DNA of 57,370 nt, taken from an uncultured Bacilli bacterium (GTDB lineage Bacteria; Bacillota_I; Bacilli_A; RF39; UBA660). The stretch's first letter is position 1. Each line of letters begins with the position of its first letter. Below are positions 35,556 to 44,578 of the stretch, piece after piece. Position numbers and translations under genes: made by a program. The notes beneath the pieces are model-generated. The model was not told the origin of the DNA. It saw nothing but the letters and a program-made list of their open reading frames with translations, and did not search any database. The stretch lies in the NCBI GenBank assembly GCA_947588925.1, contig CANQAT010000001.1, positions 1 through 57,370 on the forward strand, given 5' to 3'.

Positions 35556-36050
35556 GTGAAAAAAACATCGAAGAATATTTTACTTATTGTATTAGTAGGA
35601 GTGTTTGTATTTTTACTAGCATTTTATATAATACGTGAGATTATAGCTAGTAGGGATATTTATGTAGAACCATCTCTAAGAGATGAAGAGTACAATATGG
35701 TACCTAAAGTTTATGATATTAATGAATATTCTAAAGTAGAAATATCTGATCAGCAGATGACTCAAATTTATTTGAATTTATATATAAATGATACTAAAAA
35801 TGATTTAGAAAAGTCTTATAATTCTTTAAATGAAGAATATAGAGAAGCTAAATTTAGTAGTTTTGATGAATATACTTCTTATGTAAATTCAAATAGATTT
35901 TCTAACAATTTATCAAGGTATTATGTAAATTATAAATATGGTGATAAAGTATATTATGCTTATGATAGCAATAATAATCTATATATATTTAAAACAAACG
36001 GTGTTATGCAATACGAGGTATATTTAGATGATTATACGGTAGAAATATAA
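35556..36050 (+). CDS. N-terminally anchored small protein; second VirB8/TcpC-like candidate
   Basis: Same architecture and size as the preceding gene. GTG start. Confidence 0.3.
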   Translation: MKKTSKNILLIVLVGVFVFLLAFYIIREIIASRDIYVEPSLRDEEYNMVPKVYDINEYSKVEISDQQMTQIYLNLYINDTKNDLEKSYNSLNEEYREAKFSSFDEYTSYVNSNRFSNNLSRYYVNYKYGDKVYYAYDSNNNLYIFKTNGVMQYEVYLDDYTVEI

Positions 36051-36059
36051 GGTGATAAA

Positions 36060-38087
36060 ATGAGATTAAGATTTAGAGCAGACGCAAAAGATGTATTAAT
36101 ATTTTGTATATTTGCTGTAGCATGGTTATTTGTAGTTTCATTAGCTGTTGCAAATGTTTCTCTTTTCTTAGATGGAGAATCATTCACACTTAACTTTTTA
36201 ATTGGTTTTAGCTCACACAATATAGCTACAACTCTTATACTTTTCTTTGCTGGAATAATTGCAGCCTTTGCAGGGGTTAAATCTGTATTTATTGAAAAAG
36301 AAGACGATACGACAGGAATAGGACTTGCAATAGGAAAGAAAAAAGAGAAGAATTATTCAAGATGGGCAAGAGATAATGAAATAAAAAAAGGTTTAGATGT
36401 AAAAGCTGTCGATCCTTTAGCTCCTAAAGCTGACGCAGCAGGAATACCACTTATAATGACGCCTAAAAAAGTTTGGGTAGATAATGGTGGGTACCACAAT
36501 ATAGTAATAGGTTCTACTGGTGCCGGAAAAACTCAGACAACAGTTTTGCCTATGGTTAATTTACTTGCTAAACACGATGAATCTATGATTATAACAGACC
36601 CTAAAGGCGAAATATATGAAAACACTGCCAATTATTTAAAGAGTTTAGGATATAATATAGTACTTTTAAACTTCCGTGATCCACAACAAGGAAATGCTTG
36701 GAATCCAATGTATTTGCCATATTCATTATATCAAAGTGACAATATAGATAAGTCAATAGAATTACTTGAAGACTTAGCAGCCAATATTCTTCATGATCCA
36801 ACTGCTAAGGGTCAAGATCCATTCTGGGAAAATACATCTGCAGATTATTTTGCAGGACTTGCATGTGCATTATTCGAAGATGCAAAACCAGAAGAGATCA
36901 ATCTTAATAGTATAAGTTTGATGACTACGGTAGGAGAGGAAAAGCTTGCTAATACAACCTATATAAAAGATTATTTCAGTTATAAAGATCCCGGAAGTAC
37001 TGCATATACTAAAGCTTCTTCCACTTTGATGGCTCCATCAGAAACTAAAGGAAGTATATTATCAGTATTTAAACAAAAAATTCAATTATTCGCTTCACGT
37101 GCTAATCTATCTGAAATGTTATCAAATAATGACTTTGATATGAGAGATATAGGTAGAAAAAAAACAGCTGTATTTATAGTTATTCAAGATGAAAAGACTA
37201 CATATCATTCACTTGTAACAATATTCTTGAAACAGTGCTACGAAACACTTATATCAGTAGCTCAAGAATCTGGAGGAAAACTTCCTCATAGAACAAACTT
37301 CATCCTTGATGAGTTTGCAAACATGCCTCCTTTAAAAGATGTTACTACAATGGTAACTGCAGCTCGTTCAAGAAACATAAGATTTACATTTATCATTCAA
37401 AACTTTGCTCAATTATACGAAGTTTATGGAAAAGAAAATGGTGAAACAATAAAAGGTAACTGTGGTAACATAGTATACTTGATAAGTACAGAGTTATCCG
37501 CACTAGAAGAGATAAGTAAGATGTGTGGAGAGGTAAAATCTAAAGAAAAGGAAAAAACTTCATCCACACCTTTAGTAACTGTAAGTGATTTACAGAGATT
37601 ATCACAGTGGGAAACTATTATATTAAGACTTAGAACAATGCCTTTTAAAACTAAATTAACTCCAAATTTTAAAATGAGTTGGGGTCATAGTTTTCCTAAG
37701 GCTGAATATCCAAAAAGAGAGAAAATACCTGTACAGACTTTTGATTTAAAAAGTTATGTAAATAAAAGAAGAGAAGAAAAAATTAATAGTATGTTAAATG
37801 GGGATTCTGATGTTAAGGGTATGCCATCACCATTTGAAAGAGGACCATTTAATCCATTTATTGGGCCTAATAAGCCAAATGAAGATAAATTTGATGTCGA
37901 TGATCTAGTTAAGAGAATAGACGCTAAAATTGCTGAACTTGAAGAAGAAGAAAGACAAGAAAAGGCTAAATTGGAAAACCAAGATACTATTGATATAAAG
38001 ACAAATGAAAAGCCTGATGTTCAAGAATTTTCTAATGATGAAATTACAGATGATCAATTCTTTGATGATTTCTTCTCAGATGAATAA
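36060..38087 (+). CDS. VirD4/TraG-family type IV coupling protein
   Basis: Two N-terminal TM helices, Walker A GSTGAGKT, Walker B FILDEFANM, acidic C-terminal tail. Confidence 0.85.
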   Translation: MRLRFRADAKDVLIFCIFAVAWLFVVSLAVANVSLFLDGESFTLNFLIGFSSHNIATTLILFFAGIIAAFAGVKSVFIEKEDDTTGIGLAIGKKKEKNYSRWARDNEIKKGLDVKAVDPLAPKADAAGIPLIMTPKKVWVDNGGYHNIVIGSTGAGKTQTTVLPMVNLLAKHDESMIITDPKGEIYENTANYLKSLGYNIVLLNFRDPQQGNAWNPMYLPYSLYQSDNIDKSIELLEDLAANILHDPTAKGQDPFWENTSADYFAGLACALFEDAKPEEINLNSISLMTTVGEEKLANTTYIKDYFSYKDPGSTAYTKASSTLMAPSETKGSILSVFKQKIQLFASRANLSEMLSNNDFDMRDIGRKKTAVFIVIQDEKTTYHSLVTIFLKQCYETLISVAQESGGKLPHRTNFILDEFANMPPLKDVTTMVTAARSRNIRFTFIIQNFAQLYEVYGKENGETIKGNCGNIVYLISTELSALEEISKMCGEVKSKEKEKTSSTPLVTVSDLQRLSQWETIILRLRTMPFKTKLTPNFKMSWGHSFPKAEYPKREKIPVQTFDLKSYVNKRREEKINSMLNGDSDVKGMPSPFERGPFNPFIGPNKPNEDKFDVDDLVKRIDAKIAELEEEERQEKAKLENQDTIDIKTNEKPDVQEFSNDEITDDQFFDDFFSDE

Positions 38088-38144
38088 ACTATTTAACTTT
38101 ATATTCTTTAATCATGCTCATATACTGTAGTAGGGTGGTTATTT

Positions 38145-38432
38145 ATGTTTGAAAGTATTTCTACTACTGAACTTAAAGATATGGGCTATATCAATATAAT
38201 TGACATAAGAAGTATTGAAAAATATAATAATGGACATATAACGGGTGCGATTAATATACCTATGGAACAATTATTAATTAGACCTGAAAAATACTTAGAT
38301 AAAACTCAAAAATATTATATATATTGTCAAAAAGGAATACAAAGTAGAAAACTTTGCCAAATACTTGTTAATAATGGATATAGTGTTACTAACATATCTG
38401 GCGGTTATGAGTCATGGATAATAAATGGATAA
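38145..38432 (+). CDS. Single-domain rhodanese-like sulfurtransferase
   Basis: 95 aa. Active-site loop YCQKGIQS. Confidence 0.75.
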   Translation: MFESISTTELKDMGYINIIDIRSIEKYNNGHITGAINIPMEQLLIRPEKYLDKTQKYYIYCQKGIQSRKLCQILVNNGYSVTNISGGYESWIING

Positions 38433-38457
38433 GATTACTAATTCTTATCCATTTTTC
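38427..38457 (+). terminator. Intrinsic terminator
   Basis: GGATAAG / CTTATCC stem followed by ATTTTT. Confidence 0.55.
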
Positions 38458-38492
38458 CATTATTCATGATATAATAATATAGGTGATATGAT

Positions 38493-39557
38493 ATGGAATA
38501 TGTAATACTTGTTTTATTAATTATAATACTTGTAATGTTGGTAATTTTAATTCTTAAAAAGAATAACAATTCAGATGATAAAATAAATAAACTAGAAGTA
38601 GATATGATAAAAGAAATAGGAGATTTCAAAAATGATTTTACTCGTAGTTTGACTAGTGATTTTAACAATCAAACTGAAAAAATAGACGCAAGACTTAGAT
38701 ATATCAATGATAAAGTAAATGAAAGATTAGATGAAAATTTTGAAAGAACTAATAAGACATTTAATAGTGTTTTAGAAAGATTATCAAAAATAGATGAGGC
38801 ACAAAAAAAGATTGATACATTATCAGGAGATATAGTATCACTTCAAAGCGTATTAACAGATAAAAAAACAAGAGGAATATTTGGAGAAGTTAATTTGGAG
38901 CACATCCTATCAAACGTATTTGGTAAAAATAATACTAAAATATTTCAAATGCAATATACATTTAATAATGGCGCAATAGCAGATTCTGTTTTGTTTACTC
39001 CAGAACCTTTAGGTACTATAGCAATAGATTCTAAGTTTCCTTTGGAGCACTTCCAAATAATGGTAGATAGAAATAATAGTAATGAAGTAAGAGCTGAAGC
39101 TGAAAAATTATTTAAGCAAGATATGAAGAAACACATCGATGATATATGTAATAAGTATATAATACCAGGAGTTACAAGTGATCAAGCAATTTTGTTTTTG
39201 CCTGCTGAAGCAATTTTTGCAGAAATTAATGCTTATCATACAGAAATACTTGAATATGCTTATAAAAAAAGAGTTTGGATAACAAGCCCTACAACTTTAA
39301 TTAGTACACTTACTACAATACAAATAATACTTAAAAATATAGAAAGAGATAAGTATGCTAAAGTAATTCATAATGAATTAAAACTATTGGATGAAGAATT
39401 TAAAAGATATAAAGATAGATGGGATAAATTATATAGAAGTATTGAAACAGTAAGTAAAGATGTAAAAGATATACATACTACTACTGAGAAAATTACTAAA
39501 AGATTTGATAGTATAAACCAAGTACAGATAGGAGAATTAAATGATAAAGAAAATTAA
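38493..39557 (+). CDS. rmuC: DNA recombination protein RmuC
   Basis: N-terminal TM and coiled coil. Conserved IDSKFPLEHF and ILFLPAEAIFAEI regions. Confidence 0.8.
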   Translation: MEYVILVLLIIILVMLVILILKKNNNSDDKINKLEVDMIKEIGDFKNDFTRSLTSDFNNQTEKIDARLRYINDKVNERLDENFERTNKTFNSVLERLSKIDEAQKKIDTLSGDIVSLQSVLTDKKTRGIFGEVNLEHILSNVFGKNNTKIFQMQYTFNNGAIADSVLFTPEPLGTIAIDSKFPLEHFQIMVDRNNSNEVRAEAEKLFKQDMKKHIDDICNKYIIPGVTSDQAILFLPAEAIFAEINAYHTEILEYAYKKRVWITSPTTLISTLTTIQIILKNIERDKYAKVIHNELKLLDEEFKRYKDRWDKLYRSIETVSKDVKDIHTTTEKITKRFDSINQVQIGELNDKEN

Positions 39558-40131
39558 TTATTTACTTGTAGTTATATCTATAATTGGTAGTTTTTACTTT
39601 GTATTTACTAAAGACAATAGTATTGTATTAATTTTAAAAGATGCATCTATAGTTATTACAATAAATGCATTATACATTATTCAAAAAATTTTTAAAGTTA
39701 AAATTAATGATGGATTGATATTTTTCTATATATTATTCATTTTCATCGCACATTTTTTGGGTGTGACATGTGAGTTATATAATAAAATATATTGGTTTGA
39801 TAAGTTCTCACATTTTATATCAGGAATATTGACATCATTTGTAGCTATATATATTTTAGTAAAAAGCAAGTGCGATAAAAAAATACTTTTTAACATACTT
39901 TTTATAATATCATTTTCCCTTGCAATAGCTGCTTTTTGGGAAGTATTTGAGTATCTTGCTAGCTATTATTTTAATGTAGATCCACAAAAAGTAGTTATGA
40001 CTGGAGTAACAGATACAATGGGTGATATAATAGTCGCACTCCTTGGGACAGTATTAGTATCTATATGTTACTATTATGAAAATATATTAAAATACAATTT
40101 AATTGTAAAAAAATTTGAAAAAATGATATAA
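39541..40131 (+). CDS. Polytopic membrane protein (DUF2238/YjdF-like)
   Basis: FDKFSHFISG, FWEVFEY and DTMGDIIVALLG motifs in a ~6-TM protein. Confidence 0.45.
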   Translation: MIKKINYLLVVISIIGSFYFVFTKDNSIVLILKDASIVITINALYIIQKIFKVKINDGLIFFYILFIFIAHFLGVTCELYNKIYWFDKFSHFISGILTSFVAIYILVKSKCDKKILFNILFIISFSLAIAAFWEVFEYLASYYFNVDPQKVVMTGVTDTMGDIIVALLGTVLVSICYYYENILKYNLIVKKFEKMI

Positions 40132-40170
40132 AATATGATACAATTATATCAGTACTGGAGGTGTTTGTAA

Positions 40171-41244
40171 ATGAAAAAGAAACTATATTTAATATTAACC
40201 TTTTTATTCATATTTATTGGAATACAAACTGTAAATGCATTAGATGAATGTTATACATGTCAAATGAGTGGTACACCATGTGAATCATGTGGAAGTATGT
40301 GTAAAGAATTTGATGATGGGATATGTAGAATAAAAAATGATGACCAAGAGTTAAATGATCCTGCCCATTATATGTGTGAGTACATGGGTGATTTTACTAA
40401 TTTATTAACTGATGAAGTAAATAAAGTTATGATAAGACTAGAATACAATAAAGAAACAGGTGATGTAGAGTTAACACCTGAAACTGGCATTCTTTTAGGC
40501 CTATATTCAACAATCCCGCCGTATTATTCATTTCTCGCTGATTCTCTAAAAATAACTGCAGCAGAAAATTTGGGGAAATGCCCTTCTAAAATTTATGTTG
40601 CGTATTCTCCATTTATTACAATATCTGGAAATGGAAATAGAATTGATGGTCTTTCTGATTTTATAAATTATATTGGTGATAAAGATATTTTTAATACTGG
40701 ATGTCAAAACTTGACTGTATATCAAGATAGATTTGATAATGCAATTAGTAAATACAAAGAATGTAAATTAAGTGGAAAAAATAGTGCTACATGTTTATCT
40801 TCTGCGATATCTGAGGTAAATTCTAGTGAGGATTTGTTAAAGACATATTGTGATTCAATACTCCAATCATATACTTATGATGGCGCGTTTGAAGAAGACT
40901 GCATAGTTGGTTGCCTAGGTGCGAGTAGGCGCATAAATGAAGCAAAAAAAGATAGTGGATTATCAAGTGGCGCAGGAGATTGTGGATTCTCATCAAGAGT
41001 ATTAGTTTGGATAAATAACATAATGAGATGGATAAAGTATATATTACCAGTTATAGTAATAATACTTGGAATAGCAGACTTTATAAAAGCAATGTCTGCA
41101 GATAAAGAAGATGAGATGAAAAAAGCTCAAGGAAGATTTGTAAAAAGGTTAATTTCAGCTGCTATTGTATTTGTAGTACCGCTATTAATAGAATTTATAT
41201 TAAATATGATGGGATTTAGATACGACTCATGTAGTCTATTCTAA
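40171..41244 (+). CDS. Paralog 4 (orphan): Cys-rich ectodomain plus VirB2/TrbC-like two-helix module
   Basis: The mature N terminus DECYTCQMSGTPCESCGSMCKEFDDGICR is homologous to paralog 1. C-terminal LPVIVIILGIADFIKAMSADKEDEMKKAQGRFVKRLISAAIVFV. Confidence 0.6.
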   Translation: MKKKLYLILTFLFIFIGIQTVNALDECYTCQMSGTPCESCGSMCKEFDDGICRIKNDDQELNDPAHYMCEYMGDFTNLLTDEVNKVMIRLEYNKETGDVELTPETGILLGLYSTIPPYYSFLADSLKITAAENLGKCPSKIYVAYSPFITISGNGNRIDGLSDFINYIGDKDIFNTGCQNLTVYQDRFDNAISKYKECKLSGKNSATCLSSAISEVNSSEDLLKTYCDSILQSYTYDGAFEEDCIVGCLGASRRINEAKKDSGLSSGAGDCGFSSRVLVWINNIMRWIKYILPVIVIILGIADFIKAMSADKEDEMKKAQGRFVKRLISAAIVFVVPLLIEFILNMMGFRYDSCSLF

Positions 41245-41296
41245 TCCTTTTTATTTACCCTTTTTTACATATTTTAAATAAATTTTATTAAAAGTA

Positions 41297-41326
41297 TTGA
41301 AACAAAGGCCAAAAATACTTTATAAT
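41297..41326 (+). promoter_or_regulatory. Promoter candidate for rnr
   Basis: TTGAAA, 18-nt spacer, TATAAT. It lies inside the 5' extension of the ORF-track call. Confidence 0.45.
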
Positions 41327-41341
41327 ATAATTGGTGATAAT

Positions 41342-43432
41342 ATGGAAGATAAAATATTAAACATATTAAATAGTGAAGATAAAGCATTCGATGTATCAGA
41401 GATAGAAGATATACTTGGTCTAAATACAGTTGATGAATTAAAAGAACTATTAAAAGTGTTAAATAAATTAGAAAATGAATATAAAATTTATAGGACTAAA
41501 AAAGAAAAATATATGTTATTTAAAAACAGTAACCTTAAATTAGGTAAATTACTTGGAACTAAGAAAAGTTATGCATTTGTAGACATTGATGGTGATGAAG
41601 ACGTATTTATCAAGGAAGAAAACTTAAATGGTGCGATTAATAACGATGAAGTAATCGTTGAAATAACTTCAAAAAAAGGTCTTAAACTAGAGGGTAGAAT
41701 AGTTAGAGTAGTCGAAAGAAAAGTTAGCCAGTTTGTAGGTAAAGTCTATTATAAAAAGAATAAATGCCTAGTAGATTTAGACGATAAAAAGTTTAACATA
41801 AATATAATAGTTGATAGTGATAAAACACTAGGAGCTGTAAGCGGACATAAAGTTATAGTAAGACTCTTAAATAAAATAGATAATAATAATTATAGAGGAG
41901 CTATTATTAAAATACTTGGGCATGTAGATGATCCCGGGGTTGATATTTTAAGTATTGCAGCTAAATACGATATAGAAGATGAATTCCCTAAAGAAGTAAA
42001 AGAGGAATTAAAAAATATTCCTTCATCAGTTCTAAAGAAAGAATATGAAAATAGAACAGATCTAACTGACCAAATGATATTTACTATAGATGGCGATGAC
42101 ACTAAAGATATAGATGACGCTGTCTCTATAGAAAAACTTTCAAACGGAAATTATAAACTAGGTGTACATATTGCAGATGTAAGCTATTATGTAAAAGAAA
42201 ATAGTGCTTTAGATAAAGAAGCAGAAAAACGCGGAACAAGCGTATATTTAGCAAATACAGTAATACCTATGTTGCCACATGAATTATCTAATGGTATATG
42301 TTCACTAAATCCTAATGTAGATAGACTTGCTATAAGCTGCGTTATGGAAATAGATGAAACAGGTGAGGTAGTAAAATACGATATATTTGAAAGCGTTATA
42401 AGATCTAGAATACAGATGACTTATAAAAAAGTAAATAGTATCTTAGAAGATAACGTAATTCCAACAGGATATGAGCCTTATGTAAATAGTTTAAAAATGA
42501 TGAGTGAACTTTCTAATATCTTAAGAGAAAATAAAATAAAAAAAGGATATATAGACTTCGATATAGATGAAGCTAAGATAATAACAGATGAAAAGGGAGA
42601 AGCAATAGATGTAGTTTTAAGAAATAGAGGCGTTGGAGAAAACTTAATCGAAGACTTTATGATAGTTGCAAATGAAACCGTTGCAAGACACATAACATAC
42701 CTAGAATATCCATTCATATATCGTGTACACGGTGAGCCTTCTATAGAAAAGATAAATAACTTTTTAAACTTTGTCAGTTTACTTGGATATAATGTTCATA
42801 AAATAAAGAAAATTACTCCAAAAGCTATTCAAGAATTACTTGATGAACTTAAAGGTGTTAAGGAATACGATATACTATCATCACTCCTTTTAAGAAGTAT
42901 GCAAAAAGCTGTATACGATAGCGTAAATATAGGTCACTTTGGACTTGCCAGTAAATGTTATACACACTTTACATCTCCAATTAGAAGATATCCAGATACA
43001 ACAGTACATAGATTACTTAGAACATATCTATTTAATAAAAATATAAGTGTAGATAATATTAAATATTGGGAAGAAAAATTATCTCCTCTTTCGTTGCACC
43101 TCTCTGAAAGAGAAAGAGCCAGTATAGAATGTGAAAGAGAAGTAGACGATATGAAGATGGCAGAATATATGGAAAAACATATCGGTGAAGAATTTAGAGG
43201 TGTAGTATCTGGAGTTATGAGCTTTGGAATATTTGTAGAACTTCCAAACAAAATAGAGGGACTAGTTAAAATAGATGATTTAACAGATGATTACTATACA
43301 TATAATGAAGCAACTTATTCACTTGTTGGAAACAATAATAAACGTGGTTATAGATTAGGTGATGAGGTTAAAGTTATAGTAAAAGCTGCAAGCAAAGTAA
43401 ATCAGACAATAGACTTTATTATAAAGAGATAG
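41342..43432 (+). CDS. rnr: Ribonuclease R
   Basis: RNB catalytic region FTIDGDDTKDIDDAVS and a C-terminal S1 domain (GVVSGVMSFGIFVEL). Confidence 0.9.
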   Translation: MEDKILNILNSEDKAFDVSEIEDILGLNTVDELKELLKVLNKLENEYKIYRTKKEKYMLFKNSNLKLGKLLGTKKSYAFVDIDGDEDVFIKEENLNGAINNDEVIVEITSKKGLKLEGRIVRVVERKVSQFVGKVYYKKNKCLVDLDDKKFNINIIVDSDKTLGAVSGHKVIVRLLNKIDNNNYRGAIIKILGHVDDPGVDILSIAAKYDIEDEFPKEVKEELKNIPSSVLKKEYENRTDLTDQMIFTIDGDDTKDIDDAVSIEKLSNGNYKLGVHIADVSYYVKENSALDKEAEKRGTSVYLANTVIPMLPHELSNGICSLNPNVDRLAISCVMEIDETGEVVKYDIFESVIRSRIQMTYKKVNSILEDNVIPTGYEPYVNSLKMMSELSNILRENKIKKGYIDFDIDEAKIITDEKGEAIDVVLRNRGVGENLIEDFMIVANETVARHITYLEYPFIYRVHGEPSIEKINNFLNFVSLLGYNVHKIKKITPKAIQELLDELKGVKEYDILSSLLLRSMQKAVYDSVNIGHFGLASKCYTHFTSPIRRYPDTTVHRLLRTYLFNKNISVDNIKYWEEKLSPLSLHLSERERASIECEREVDDMKMAEYMEKHIGEEFRGVVSGVMSFGIFVELPNKIEGLVKIDDLTDDYYTYNEATYSLVGNNNKRGYRLGDEVKVIVKAASKVNQTIDFIIKR

Positions 43433-43449
43433 ACTTTATCTCTTTTTTG
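43424..43449 (+). terminator. Terminator candidate
   Basis: AAGAGAT / ATCTCTT stem followed by TTTTT. Confidence 0.5.
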
Positions 43450-43473
43450 TTCTATAATTGTATTGGTGAAATT

Positions 43474-44577
43474 ATGGCTAAGAAAAGAAGAAAATTAAAA
43501 GGTAGTGTGTATTTAGTTTTAATATTAATAGTAGTACTTTCTATAGGCGTAGTTAATATATCAAGAGGAAGAAAAAATGTAAGTATAAATAATGATGATA
43601 CACCTGTTATTAACCAACCATCTTTAAAAAGAATGTCTTTGGTAGCAGTAGGAGATGTATTAATTCATGAAAGTGTTTATAAAGACGCTTTAAATAGTGA
43701 TGGTACTTATAATTTCCATAAGATGTTTACAGAAATAGAACCTATAATAAAAAAATATGATTTAAAATTCTGTAATCAAGAATCAACTATAGGAGGGGAA
43801 GCTTTAGGTATTAGTGGTTATCCTAGTTTCAATTCACCTGATGAAATAGGTGATGAAATCGTAAATCTTGGTTTTAACTTGATAAGTCTTGCAAACAATC
43901 ATGCCTTAGATAAAGGAGTAGACGCTATAAAATACTCTAATAGCTACTGGAAAACCAAAGATGTAATAACTGCGGGAACTTATTCTAGCGCAAGTGAAAG
44001 AGATAATATCAAAGTGTATGAAAAAAATGGTATAAAGTATGCATTTTTAGCTTACACAACTATATCTAATAGAACGCCCAGTAATGATTATATTTTAAAT
44101 ATGTATAGCGCAACTAAAGCTAAAAAAGATATAGAAAGTATAAAAGATAAAGTAGATGTTATAATAGTTTCGATGCACTGGGGAGTAGAAGATTCAAATA
44201 CTGTATCAGAATCACAAAAACAAATAGCAGAGTATCTATCTAGTTTGGGTGTAAACATAATAATTGGGCACCACCCTCATGTAGTACAAAAAGTATCTTA
44301 TGTAGGAGATACACTAGTTATATATTCACTAGGTAATTTTATATCAAATCAATTATCTATTGGGATTAATAACGGAATAGGACTTATTTATGGTATAGAT
44401 ATAGTAGTAAAAGATGGTAAAGTTTCATTTGAAAATGAGTATAAAGAGTTAATACTTTCATATGCATTAAATAGTACTAACTTTAAAGTAATACCATTTT
44501 CAAAACTTAACGATAATTTACTAAATAATTATAAAAGTTATGAAAAAAAGTATATGAGTATAGTAAATGGAGAATAG
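43474..44577 (+). CDS. CapA-family (PGA_cap metallophosphatase-like) membrane-anchored protein, copy 1
   Basis: N-terminal TM helix. Motifs ANNHALDKG, MHWGVE and GHHPHV. Confidence 0.75.
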   Translation: MAKKRRKLKGSVYLVLILIVVLSIGVVNISRGRKNVSINNDDTPVINQPSLKRMSLVAVGDVLIHESVYKDALNSDGTYNFHKMFTEIEPIIKKYDLKFCNQESTIGGEALGISGYPSFNSPDEIGDEIVNLGFNLISLANNHALDKGVDAIKYSNSYWKTKDVITAGTYSSASERDNIKVYEKNGIKYAFLAYTTISNRTPSNDYILNMYSATKAKKDIESIKDKVDVIIVSMHWGVEDSNTVSESQKQIAEYLSSLGVNIIIGHHPHVVQKVSYVGDTLVIYSLGNFISNQLSIGINNGIGLIYGIDIVVKDGKVSFENEYKELILSYALNSTNFKVIPFSKLNDNLLNNYKSYEKKYMSIVNGE

Positions 44578-44578
44578 T

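Noticed and set aside
14114-38087. Annotating the locus as a conventional ICE or conjugative-plasmid insertion.
   Set aside because: The window contains no relaxase, integrase/recombinase, excisionase, replication or partition genes, and no flanking direct repeats that I could see. The immediate flanks are core genes. A decayed ICE cannot be fully excluded, so this remains the main alternative under the first finding.
39541-40131. A polytopic membrane protein downstream of rmuC considered as the missing prepilin peptidase.
   Set aside because: It lacks the paired Asp motifs (such as GxGD) of A24 peptidases. Its FDKFSH / WEVFEY / DTMGD pattern looks like the DUF2238/YjdF family instead.
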